Positions 1-8,815 of a DNA stretch of 64,000 nucleotides are shown here, piece by piece. Source of the DNA: a bacterium (GTDB lineage: Archaea > Thermoplasmatota > E2 > JACPAO01 > JAHFTW01); the NCBI GenBank assembly GCA_040390065.1, contig JAZJZE010000005.1, positions 128,001-192,000 on the forward strand, written 5' to 3'. A program made the translations under genes and the position numbers. Every line of letters starts with the position of its first letter. Within the stretch, counting starts at the first letter, position 1. The notes beneath the pieces are model-generated. The model had not been told where the DNA came from, made no database searches, and was given only the letters and a program-made list of their open reading frames with translations.

Positions 1-192
1 GAGGACGGCTTGCCCCGTGCCGCAGTTCTGGGCGGCCGAGCCGCTCGTGCAGGCGGGCGCGCCGGCCTGGACAAGGATGGCTCCAAGCGCGAGGGTCGCG
101 GCGAGCGCGCCCAAGGCGATCAAGGTGAAGTGGAGGGCCCGCGGACTGCGGCGCTCGCCCTGGCCTGGCTCGTAAACGTAGCGGATTCCCAT
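1..192 (-). CDS. 5' part of a secreted protein running off the window edge, possibly a further member of the PKD surface-protein array
   Basis: Manual translation from ATG at 192 is open to position 1: MGIRYVYEPGQGERRSPRALHFTLIALGALAATLALGAILVQAGAPACTSGSAAQNCG. Signal-peptide-like. TATA-like TTGAATA on the minus strand near 229-235. Same orientation as the array. Confidence 0.6.
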   Translation of the reverse strand, partial: MGIRYVYEPGQGERRSPRALHFTLIALGALAATLALGAILVQAGAPACTSGSAAQNCGTGQAVL

Positions 193-303
193 GCGACCTA
201 CCAACCCTACCCGGAGTCGGACTGGGCGTATTCAAGCCTTCCCCACGGGCGCCGTTGACGCGGATGGGGGCCGCAGGCACGGTGGAGGGGGCGCGCCGGG
301 CGA

Positions 304-3015
304 CTACTTGCCCTGGCGGTGCCGGAACGCCCACACGAACAGACCGGCCACCAGGACGGCGCCGATGCCCGTCCCCAGGAGCATTGCCCAGAGGGGCATG
401 CCGGAAGCGGGCTGCGCCTGTTGCCCGATGGACGACGAGACGGGGACCGTCGGGGTCACGTCCTGGCTCACGGGGTCGGCGTCGCGGCCGAGGCGCAACT
501 CGACGGTGTAGGTCCCTGCCGCCGTGTACTTGTGCGTCACCGTGGGCGAGGCCGTCGTCTTGGTGTCCATGTCGCCAAAGTCCCAGACGTATTCGTCGGC
601 GGCGCCATTGGCGGCAAACAGCACGGAGCCGTCGGGTTGCGGGATGGCCTTGAAGGACGTGGGAGGCGGCGGCGCACCTTGGAGCCAGATCCGGACGGTG
701 TCCACGGAGCGGTAGTAGCCGTCGGTGGCCGTGACCTGCAAGTCGACGAAGGACGAGGGCGTGTCGGCCGGGATGTCGAGCGACAGCTTGGCGCCGTTGG
801 CCGGCAGGCCCGGGAGGGGCAAGCCGCCGGTCTGCGTCCAGGCGAACGTGAGGGCGTCGCCATCGGCGTCCGACGAGGCGCTGGCGTCGACCGAGACGCG
901 GTTGCCCTTCGTCACGGTGACGTCCTTGCCTGCAACCGCTTGTGGCGGGTGCTGGTTCTTCGTGACGACGCTGACCTGCACCGTGTCCTCGAGCGAGTCC
1001 ATCGTCCCGTCCGAGACCTTGGCGGCAAAGACCAGGACGACGGGCTGCAGCGGGTTGGCCGCCGCCGGCGCCGTGAATTCGGGTTCGGAGGTGTCGGTGC
1101 GCGTCATGGCGACCGTCGGGCCGCTCACCTGGCGCCACATGTACTGCAGCGCGCTCGTGGAACCGCTTGCACTGGCCGAGAGCTTGACGTGCGAGCCGTC
1201 GGGGACGGCCTGGTCCTCGCCGGCATCGACGGTGGGTGGGCTGTTGCCCGGTGTGCTGCCACCCTCCGGCGCCGGCGGCGGGTTCGCCGAGCCCGGTTGG
1301 CCCACGACCACGGTCTGGTCGAGGAAGGAGGCGCAGCTCACGGAGTCGAAGACGCCGAGGCGGACCTTGTAGTCGCCCGCGGCGAGGAACGTGTGCGACA
1401 GGCTTTGCGTGGTCGACGTCTGGCCGTCACCGAAATCCCAAGCCCATTTCTGGATGGTCGCGCCGCCGCCGTCCGTGCTCAAGTCGGAGAACGACACGGG
1501 CTCGCCGGCTTCGATGGCGCCAGTCGTGAACATGAAGTTGGCGTGCAGGAACGGGCATCCCGAGCCGTCCTCGATTGTCACGGCCGGGCAGTCGACGGCG
1601 GTGCTCCAGGCGCCGCCGTTGTCGCGCACCCGAAGCGTCGGAGTGTACGTGCCGGGGGTGGTGAAGGTGATGGCCGGGCTCTGCACGGACGAGGTGGAGG
1701 GCGAGCCGCCGGGGAAGTTCCAGTCCCACTGCACGACGGTGCCGTCGGAGTCTGCCGAACCGGTATCGGAGAAGGTGACGGGGAAGCCGGTGACGTAGGG
1801 CGCCACCGTGGTCGCCGCGCAGGCCGCCGTGGGGCTCTGGTTGCCCGGAGCGCCGCATGCGTCGACCGTGAGGGTGACGGTTGCCGTGCCGCTCTGGAAC
1901 GCCGTGCCGGGGGAAACCTGGTAGGCGCCCATCGGGTCGTCGACCTTGTACGTGAACGTGGTGGATCCGCCGCAGAACGTACCGGGGTCGTACGTGAAGC
2001 CGCCGTCGGTGCCGAGGGTGAGGGTGCCCTTGCCCGCCGGCACGTCCGTCACGAGGACGGCCGTCTTCTGCGCGCAGGGGAGTTCGTCCTTGTCGTTGGC
2101 AAGCACTCCGTCGCTGGAGATGTAGAACGGGATGCCAATCTGGGCGCCAGGCTGCGTCCCTCCCGCGACGGTCAGCGGCGTTCCCGCGGCGACCGAGTAC
2201 GAGTCGTCGGCCGCGACCGGGGCGGCGTCGAAGATGGGGGTGAAGCGGACGCCGTAGTTGGACAGCGTGGTGCTGCCGAAGTCGCGGTAGATGCCGCCCT
2301 GCCAGCCGAAGCTGCCGTCGTAGGCGCTTTCGATGCCGAGGATGCGGCCCAAGCCGCCCCACGCCGTGCCGACGTTGCCGTTGGAATTCTGGACGTGCAC
2401 CTCGACGACGGAGCCGGCTTCGTGGAGTTGGATCTCGAACTGGTGGCCGGGGTAGCTGAAGGCGAAGCTGCCGGTTGGCGGCGCCTCGGGGCTCTTCTCA
2501 AGACCCTCCCATGCGAACGTGTAGACGCGGTTGCCGGCCGCGCCGGTGACGCCCGAGACCAGGGCGCCGCCGTCGGAGGGGTCCCAGTCATACCACAAGC
2601 CGGCGACGACGGTGTTGGGGGCTCCCGCGTTCGGCATCTGCTGACCCTGGTAGCCGGTCGTCGACAAACCGGCCGGGTCGAGGGTCATGATGCCATTGTC
2701 CGAGGCCATCATGGTGGAATACGGTTGGCCGAAGTACGTCATGGTGAAGCCCAAGGGATCCTGCTGGGTCGTGACCTCGTCGATGGCGGGGACCCAGTTG
2801 GAGTCGCCCGGTTCGATCCAGCTGTAGACGCCCACGTTCGTGTAGTCGTAGCGCAGCTTCTTGGCGGCGTCGCACCACGTGCCTGTACCGGACGACATCA
2901 CGGTGGCGCTGACCGGGTGGGGGGCCACCACGACGAGGGCACCCACGACGAGGAGGGCGCTCAGCCAGGCCGCCGCCATCCATGACTTGTTCTCCGGAGT
3001 GGATCGTCCCGACAT
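304..3015 (-). CDS. PKD-domain cell-surface protein (NIDO-like head, Ig/cadherin-like repeat, PKD, two Ig-like modules, PKD, C-terminal TM)
   Basis: Likely start MSGRSTP at 3015 within ORF 304..3921. Signal peptide ..LLVVGALVVVAPHPVSA; WDFGDG PKD motifs; PVAADDSY..GVLAND..GGFTYDP Ig repeat; C-terminal TM followed by RHRQGK. Confidence 0.85.
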   Translation of the reverse strand: MSGRSTPENKSWMAAAWLSALLVVGALVVVAPHPVSATVMSSGTGTWCDAAKKLRYDYTNVGVYSWIEPGDSNWVPAIDEVTTQQDPLGFTMTYFGQPYSTMMASDNGIMTLDPAGLSTTGYQGQQMPNAGAPNTVVAGLWYDWDPSDGGALVSGVTGAAGNRVYTFAWEGLEKSPEAPPTGSFAFSYPGHQFEIQLHEAGSVVEVHVQNSNGNVGTAWGGLGRILGIESAYDGSFGWQGGIYRDFGSTTLSNYGVRFTPIFDAAPVAADDSYSVAAGTPLTVAGGTQPGAQIGIPFYISSDGVLANDKDELPCAQKTAVLVTDVPAGKGTLTLGTDGGFTYDPGTFCGGSTTFTYKVDDPMGAYQVSPGTAFQSGTATVTLTVDACGAPGNQSPTAACAATTVAPYVTGFPVTFSDTGSADSDGTVVQWDWNFPGGSPSTSSVQSPAITFTTPGTYTPTLRVRDNGGAWSTAVDCPAVTIEDGSGCPFLHANFMFTTGAIEAGEPVSFSDLSTDGGGATIQKWAWDFGDGQTSTTQSLSHTFLAAGDYKVRLGVFDSVSCASFLDQTVVVGQPGSANPPPAPEGGSTPGNSPPTVDAGEDQAVPDGSHVKLSASASGSTSALQYMWRQVSGPTVAMTRTDTSEPEFTAPAAANPLQPVVLVFAAKVSDGTMDSLEDTVQVSVVTKNQHPPQAVAGKDVTVTKGNRVSVDASASSDADGDALTFAWTQTGGLPLPGLPANGAKLSLDIPADTPSSFVDLQVTATDGYYRSVDTVRIWLQGAPPPPTSFKAIPQPDGSVLFAANGAADEYVWDFGDMDTKTTASPTVTHKYTAAGTYTVELRLGRDADPVSQDVTPTVPVSSSIGQQAQPASGMPLWAMLLGTGIGAVLVAGLFVWAFRHRQGK

Positions 3016-3086
3016 ACCGACCAAGCGGGGACCAAGTCTCCTACGATTAAAGCGTTCCCGAGTCGGCCGTCCACTGTCGCCCGGAG

Positions 3087-6029
3087 TTAGCGGACGTTGC
3101 GATGGCGGATGGCCCACACGAACAGGCCGGCAAACAGGACCGCTCCAACCGCAAGACCCGCCCAGAGGGCCCACGCCGCGTTGCCGCTCCCCGTGGGCTC
3201 GACGTGGGCGACAGGCGTCGCCTGGGGCACGGTCGGGGTCACGTCCTGCTGGACCGGCGTCGCATCGGCGCCGAGGCGCAGTTGCACCGTGTACGTTCCA
3301 GGCGACGTGTACTTGTGGCTCACGGAGGCGCCCGTTGACGCCGCCGTCGCCGTGTCGCCGAAGTCCCAGATGTACTCGGCCGCTTGCGCGTTGGCGGTGA
3401 AGCGCACCGAGCCGTCCGCCTGCGGCGCGGCTGAGAAGCCTGAGGCAGGTGCCGGCGCGGCCTGCAGCCAGATGCGAACCGTGTCGGCTGCGCGGTAATA
3501 CCCGTCGGTGGCCGTCAGCGTCACGTCGACGAAGGCCGCCGTCGTTCCCACCGGAATGGCCAAGGTGAGCGTCGAACCGGACGCGGGCAGGCCCGGGATG
3601 GCGTCGCCGCCGTCTTGGGCCCAGGCATAGGAGAGGGCATCTCCGTCGGGGTCGGATGAGGCGCGCGCGTCGAGCGTGGCCGTGCCGCCCTTGGCGACCG
3701 TGATGTCCTTCCCCGCCACGGCGATGGGCGCGTGCTGGTTCTTGGTGACGATGGTGATCTGCACGGTGTCTTCCTGCGATTCCATGGTCCCATCCGAGAC
3801 CTTCACACCGAAGGTCAGTGGCAAGGGCTCGAGCGGGCTGGCGACGGCAGGGGCCGTGAACTCCGGCTCCGCAGTGTCGGCGAATGTCAGCGTCATGGCG
3901 GGACCGGCCAGCTGGCGCCAAGAATACGTGAAGGACGCCGTGGAACCGCTGGCGCTTGCCGCGAGCTTGATGTGGGCTCCCTCCGGAGCCGTCTGGTCCT
4001 CCCCGGCGTAGACCGTGGGCGGAGCGTACCCTGGTGTCTGCCCGCCTTCGCTCGTGCTTGGCGGCTCAGATTGGCCGGTCACGGTGACGTCGACGGTCTG
4101 CTCGGCGATGTCCGTGCACGGGAGGTCGTCGACGATGCCCAAGCGCACCTTGTACTGCCCCGCCGCGAGGAAGGTGTGCGACAGGCTCTGCAGGTTCGAC
4201 GAGTATCCGTCGCCGAAGTCCCAGGACCAACTCTTGATGACGTGGCCGCCGCCGTCCTTGCTCACGTCGGAGAAGGAGACGGGCTCACCGGCCTCGATGT
4301 GGCCCGCCGTGAAGATGAAGTTCGCGTTGAGGAACGGACACGCGCCGTCCACGACCTCGACCGTGCAGGTGGCCGTCTGCGTGGCACTCGTCACGACGAC
4401 GCTCTTGGTACCCACCGACGAGAAGGTCGTGGCAAACGAGGCGCCCGAACCCGTGGCTGGCGAGTCGCCGCCAGTCCATGCAAAGGTGCCGTCGCCGCCG
4501 GCGGCGTTGACCGTCGCGGGCAGACCCAGGGCCACGAATTGCGAGGCCGGCGTGCAGCTTGGCGCTCCGGGCAGGCTGATGGTGACGATGCACGTGCCGG
4601 TTTGCGCGTTGCTCGTGACCACCACGCTCTTCACGCCAGCCGTGGAGAACGACGTGGAGAAGGACGCGCCGGAGCCCGTCGCGGGCGAGCCGCCGCCAGT
4701 CCACGCGTACGTGCCGTCGCCGCCCGTCGCCGAGAAGGCCAGTGTCTGGCCGGTGACGCCGGTTGCGGGCCCCGAGCACGCCGTCGGCGTGGGTGGCGTC
4801 GTGTCGACGATGTTGACGTTCACCGTGATGGTCGGGTTGTCGTAGCCGTCGTCGAGCCGGTACGTGAAGCTGCAGGTGCCGACGTACGTGGCCGGCGGCG
4901 TGTAGGTGAGGCTCTTGCCGCCGTAGTAGTAGAGGGGGCTGTAGGTCGGCGACGCCGTCGGCATGAATCCGGCAAGGCTGCCGGCGCCGCCGCACGCAGC
5001 GCTCGGGTTGCTCACCCAACTGTACCGCTTGGGGTCGTTGGAGTCGAGCGACCATGCGAGTGATGTTCCCTTGTTGATGGTGACCGTCGTGCTCACCGCG
5101 CCCGTGCATTGCGGGTACGGGGACGTCGCGGGACATGCGGGTTCAGCCCCGTTCTGGAAGAAGCGCCAGCCCTTCGAGATGCATTCCATGTTCTGGCCCG
5201 TGGGGCAGTTCGGCCAGCCATCGGCGCTGCACGGCCCAGCCGCCCACGCATCAATGAGGCCAGGGCCGCCTGGACCTGCGTTGCCGACCACAAACGGATG
5301 GCATGAGATGACGGCCTGCGACTTGACGTCGCCCGCGTCGGCGCATTTGAGGTGGAATTCGAAGACGTCGGAGTTCGGGATGAGCTTCAGTTCGAAGGTG
5401 CTGCCGTACACCGTGCTGGTGATGGATTCACACCGCGCCTTGGTGGTGCACTCGCCCCCCTCGCCGTACCCGGAGACATGGTTGAATTCCATGAAGTACG
5501 CCGTCGAATCGTCGGCGGCCGCCGGCGACAACGTGGCCGAGCCGACCAGGACCTGGCCAGTGCTCGGGTCGTCCGGGTCGGCGGACGCACCGCCCGGGCA
5601 CAGGTCGCCCCAGAACGGCGCGATCATGGCCGAATTGGGCCAGAAACTTGGCACGTTGCTGGGCGCGTAGCTCTGCCCGGTGCCGGAGAACGAGAGGAAG
5701 CCGTTGGCGGAGACGTAGCCCGAACTGTACGATCCGCCGTAGTAGTTGAACGCGGGAAGGTTGACGAAGCACATGTCCTCGTCGAACGCGCACCCGGTCT
5801 GCACGAGGTCGGTGATGCCGGACCCCGCGACGTACTGGAAGCTGTACAGGTTGCCTTGGACGTTGTCTACGCCGACGTAGTTCGCCGAGTCGGGGCCGGC
5901 CACGACGCTGGCATCGGCATTGGTTGCCGTCCACGTCAAGACAGCGACAAATCCCGCCAGGGCCAGGATGGCAATGCGCCAAACGCGCGGGCTTCGTACA
6001 AGCTTCGCAGGACCACCGAGGACTCCCAT
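3087..6029 (-). CDS. PKD-domain cell-surface protein (NIDO-like head, two tandem Ig-like repeats, shared PKD stalk, C-terminal TM)
   Basis: ORF 3087..6050, start at 6050 or 6029. FNYYGGSYSSGYVSANGFLSF..IAPFWGDL NIDO-like motif; WDFGD motifs; C-terminal half closely similar to the 304..3015 product. Confidence 0.85.
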   Translation of the reverse strand: MGVLGGPAKLVRSPRVWRIAILALAGFVAVLTWTATNADASVVAGPDSANYVGVDNVQGNLYSFQYVAGSGITDLVQTGCAFDEDMCFVNLPAFNYYGGSYSSGYVSANGFLSFSGTGQSYAPSNVPSFWPNSAMIAPFWGDLCPGGASADPDDPSTGQVLVGSATLSPAAADDSTAYFMEFNHVSGYGEGGECTTKARCESITSTVYGSTFELKLIPNSDVFEFHLKCADAGDVKSQAVISCHPFVVGNAGPGGPGLIDAWAAGPCSADGWPNCPTGQNMECISKGWRFFQNGAEPACPATSPYPQCTGAVSTTVTINKGTSLAWSLDSNDPKRYSWVSNPSAACGGAGSLAGFMPTASPTYSPLYYYGGKSLTYTPPATYVGTCSFTYRLDDGYDNPTITVNVNIVDTTPPTPTACSGPATGVTGQTLAFSATGGDGTYAWTGGGSPATGSGASFSTSFSTAGVKSVVVTSNAQTGTCIVTISLPGAPSCTPASQFVALGLPATVNAAGGDGTFAWTGGDSPATGSGASFATTFSSVGTKSVVVTSATQTATCTVEVVDGACPFLNANFIFTAGHIEAGEPVSFSDVSKDGGGHVIKSWSWDFGDGYSSNLQSLSHTFLAAGQYKVRLGIVDDLPCTDIAEQTVDVTVTGQSEPPSTSEGGQTPGYAPPTVYAGEDQTAPEGAHIKLAASASGSTASFTYSWRQLAGPAMTLTFADTAEPEFTAPAVASPLEPLPLTFGVKVSDGTMESQEDTVQITIVTKNQHAPIAVAGKDITVAKGGTATLDARASSDPDGDALSYAWAQDGGDAIPGLPASGSTLTLAIPVGTTAAFVDVTLTATDGYYRAADTVRIWLQAAPAPASGFSAAPQADGSVRFTANAQAAEYIWDFGDTATAASTGASVSHKYTSPGTYTVQLRLGADATPVQQDVTPTVPQATPVAHVEPTGSGNAAWALWAGLAVGAVLFAGLFVWAIRHRNVR

Positions 6030-6118
6030 GGGTTCCAACCACGCGGGCATCCGACTTGGCCTACTTAGCAGTTGCGCGGCCGCCTCCTGGAGGGGGGCCT
6101 ACGGTGGTCCTCGTCTGT

Positions 6119-8806
6119 CTACTCGGGGCGGTGGCGCAAGGCCCAGACGAGGATGCCCCCCGCCACGAGGGCCGCCGCGACGGCCGCGATGCCGGCGCCG
6201 AGCATCCAGTCCAGTCCACCCGTGGGCTTGGCCGCGTTGCCGCCGCCGGTGTGCGGCACGACGGGCGTCACGGACTGCTGGTAGGGCTCGCCCGCATCGC
6301 CGAGGCGCAGGGTGACCGTGTACGTTCCCGCCGCGGCATACGTGTGGCTGACGACCGGTTGGTCGCTTACCTTGGTCTGGTTGTCACCGAAATCCCAGCG
6401 GTACTCGGCCGAGACGCCGCTCGCCGCAAACGTGACGGTGCCGTCCTTCTGCGGGGTGGCCTTGAAAGCGATGATGGGCGCGGGCGGTGCCTTGAGCCAG
6501 ATGCGCACGGTATCGGCCGACACGTAGCCGCCGTCGGACACGGTGAGCTGCACGTCGATGAACGTCTCCGTCGTGGACACAGGGGTCGTGAGCGTGATGG
6601 TGCGGCCATTGCCGGGAAGTTCCGGCACCTGTGCGCCGCCAACGTGGGTCCAGGCGAAACTCAGCGAGTCGCCATCCGGGTCGCTGGACAGCACCGCGTC
6701 GAGGGTGACGCGGTCCCCGCGCTGCACGGTCGGGTCGCGCCCCGCATTTGCGACCGGCGGCCGCTGGTTCTTCGACACCACGGTGACGAGCACGAAGTCG
6801 TCCTCGGAGTTGCTGGTGCCGTCCGAGACGTGCACCGCGAAGATGAGTCGCGTCGCCTCGCCGGGCTTCGTCACGGCCGGCGCCGTGAACTCGGGCTCCG
6901 CGCCGTCGACCTTCTGCAGGTTGACGGACGGCCCCGACACCTGACGCCACGACCAGAGGAAGCCGCTGGAGGATCCGCTGGCGGTGGCTCCAAGCTTGAC
7001 CGGGGAACCTTCCCTCGTCGTCTGGTCCTCGCCGGCGTTGACGACGGGCGGGATGTAGCCGCTCGGGTCCCCGCCTTCCGACGTATTGGGCGGCGTCGTG
7101 CTGCCGGGGGCGGAGACGCTGACGGTCTGCTCGAAGACATCGACGCAGCCGCCGGAATCCGTGACCGTGAGGCGCACGACGTAGTTGCCCGACGAGTAGT
7201 ACGTGTGGGTCAGGCTCTCGAAGTTGGAGGTGAATCCGTCGCCCAAGTCCCACGTCCAGCCGTTCTTGGTGGCCATCGTGTCGGTGCTGAGATCGGAGAA
7301 GGTGACCGGGTCGCCCTTCTCGGTGGCGCCGCTGGGGACCTGGAAGAACGCTTGCAAGGTGCAGGCCGAGGGCTCGACCTCGCCGGGCTTCAGCGTCTTG
7401 CGACAGCTCTCGCCCGTTGCCGGGCTGAGGTTGGGCAGTGGCGGGCCCGGCGGGACGGCGCCGAGGTATCCGTCGTACGCCACGATGTAGTAGCAGTATT
7501 GCGTGTCCGACGCCAATGCCGGCGTGTCGTCGACGAAGGCGCACGCGAGCATGCTGCAGCCCGTCAAGTCGACCGTCTGCAGGAAGGTTTCGGCGCCGCT
7601 CGGGCCACGGTAGATTGCAAAGCCCTGCACGCCGCTCGCACCAGAGCCGACGGGTGTGCAGCCCGAAGCGGCCGGGCAGTCATCCGGCTGCGTCCACGTC
7701 AGGGTGAGCGACGTCGTGGTCGCCGAGCCGACGCTGAAGCCGGTCGGTGTTCCGGGGCGGAAGTCCGGCGTGATGTCGACCGCCGTGCCTTGCAGGCTCT
7801 CGCCGCCACCGACGGCGCCCGGTTGGATGTCGAGTTGCGGGCAGTTGACGGACGTGACCGCGTAGGTGTACGTCGTGCCGGTGACCAGGCCGGTGCCTGC
7901 GTCGTCGTCGTCGTAGAACACTTCGGTCGCATCCGCCGTCGTGTGGATGGCCGTGTACGTGGCGCCGCCGTCCGTGCTGCGGTAGACGATGAACTTGGTA
8001 ACGGGTTGAGCGTTGTTCGCGGGCGCCGGCGTCCAGGCGATGCGCACGGTGTTGTCGCCATTGGCGGTCACGGAATCGATGGTCGGGGGGTCCGGCCACA
8101 TGGGCCCGTTGACGCCGACCGTCCACGTGCCGATTCCAGGGGGTGTTCCGGATGCGCCTGCATCGGCGGTGTCCCAGGTCGTGCCGCCGACACCGTTGTA
8201 CGCCGTGCCCATGATGTTGGTCCACGGGTCGCCGTTGAGGGGCGGTACGTCGAAGGCGCCGCGCGGGATCGTGTACTTCAGTTCGTTGCAGACCCACGTC
8301 GAGGTGATTGCCGTGCCGAGGGTGCCGCCGGCCTCGGAGGTGCCGTGCCACATGAGGTTGTTCGACCAGCCGCCGGCCACCGTGTAGTACGTCATCGCGT
8401 ACATCTGCACGTTATGCGCCTCGACGAAGTCGATCGGGTAGCGGATGATGACTGGGTGGCATCCGGCGACCGTCGGGTCATACATCATCGTGCTCGCGCT
8501 GTAGCATGTGCCGCCGTCGCCCACCTGGAGCCAGAAGTAGATGTTGTTGGAGTCGGACGATGCCGCAAGGCGCAGGATCTCGGTGTCGAGTCCGCCGTTG
8601 GGCGCCAAGATGCGGTCGGTTGGGGGATCGGCGGCGATGAGGAAGCCCGTTCCCACCGCGTCGGCGTGGTGGGGCAGGAGCACGACGACTGCGGCGGCCA
8701 TGGCTAGGACGGCCAGTGCGGCGACGCGGGGCCAGGCAGGAGAGTCGCGATGCATGGTGGACGGTTCCTTCGAGGCGCGAGGGCGGTACATAACGGTTCG
8801 TTCCAT
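6119..8806 (-). CDS. PKD/fibronectin type III cell-surface protein with C-terminal TM
   Basis: Signal peptide ..VVVLLPHHADA; FN3-like segments (IAWTPAP..FIVYRS..YTYAVTSVN); shared PKD/Ig stalk; TM then RHRPE. Start uncertain (8806, 8791 or 8755). Confidence 0.85.
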   Translation of the reverse strand: MERTVMYRPRASKEPSTMHRDSPAWPRVAALAVLAMAAAVVVLLPHHADAVGTGFLIAADPPTDRILAPNGGLDTEILRLAASSDSNNIYFWLQVGDGGTCYSASTMMYDPTVAGCHPVIIRYPIDFVEAHNVQMYAMTYYTVAGGWSNNLMWHGTSEAGGTLGTAITSTWVCNELKYTIPRGAFDVPPLNGDPWTNIMGTAYNGVGGTTWDTADAGASGTPPGIGTWTVGVNGPMWPDPPTIDSVTANGDNTVRIAWTPAPANNAQPVTKFIVYRSTDGGATYTAIHTTADATEVFYDDDDAGTGLVTGTTYTYAVTSVNCPQLDIQPGAVGGGESLQGTAVDITPDFRPGTPTGFSVGSATTTSLTLTWTQPDDCPAASGCTPVGSGASGVQGFAIYRGPSGAETFLQTVDLTGCSMLACAFVDDTPALASDTQYCYYIVAYDGYLGAVPPGPPLPNLSPATGESCRKTLKPGEVEPSACTLQAFFQVPSGATEKGDPVTFSDLSTDTMATKNGWTWDLGDGFTSNFESLTHTYYSSGNYVVRLTVTDSGGCVDVFEQTVSVSAPGSTTPPNTSEGGDPSGYIPPVVNAGEDQTTREGSPVKLGATASGSSSGFLWSWRQVSGPSVNLQKVDGAEPEFTAPAVTKPGEATRLIFAVHVSDGTSNSEDDFVLVTVVSKNQRPPVANAGRDPTVQRGDRVTLDAVLSSDPDGDSLSFAWTHVGGAQVPELPGNGRTITLTTPVSTTETFIDVQLTVSDGGYVSADTVRIWLKAPPAPIIAFKATPQKDGTVTFAASGVSAEYRWDFGDNQTKVSDQPVVSHTYAAAGTYTVTLRLGDAGEPYQQSVTPVVPHTGGGNAAKPTGGLDWMLGAGIAAVAAALVAGGILVWALRHRPE

Positions 8807-8815
8807 GGCGAAGTC

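Noticed and set aside
3016-3921. 300-aa N-terminal extension of ORF 304..3921
   Set aside because: It overlaps the neighbouring gene in another frame; the signal peptide begins only after the ATG at 3015.
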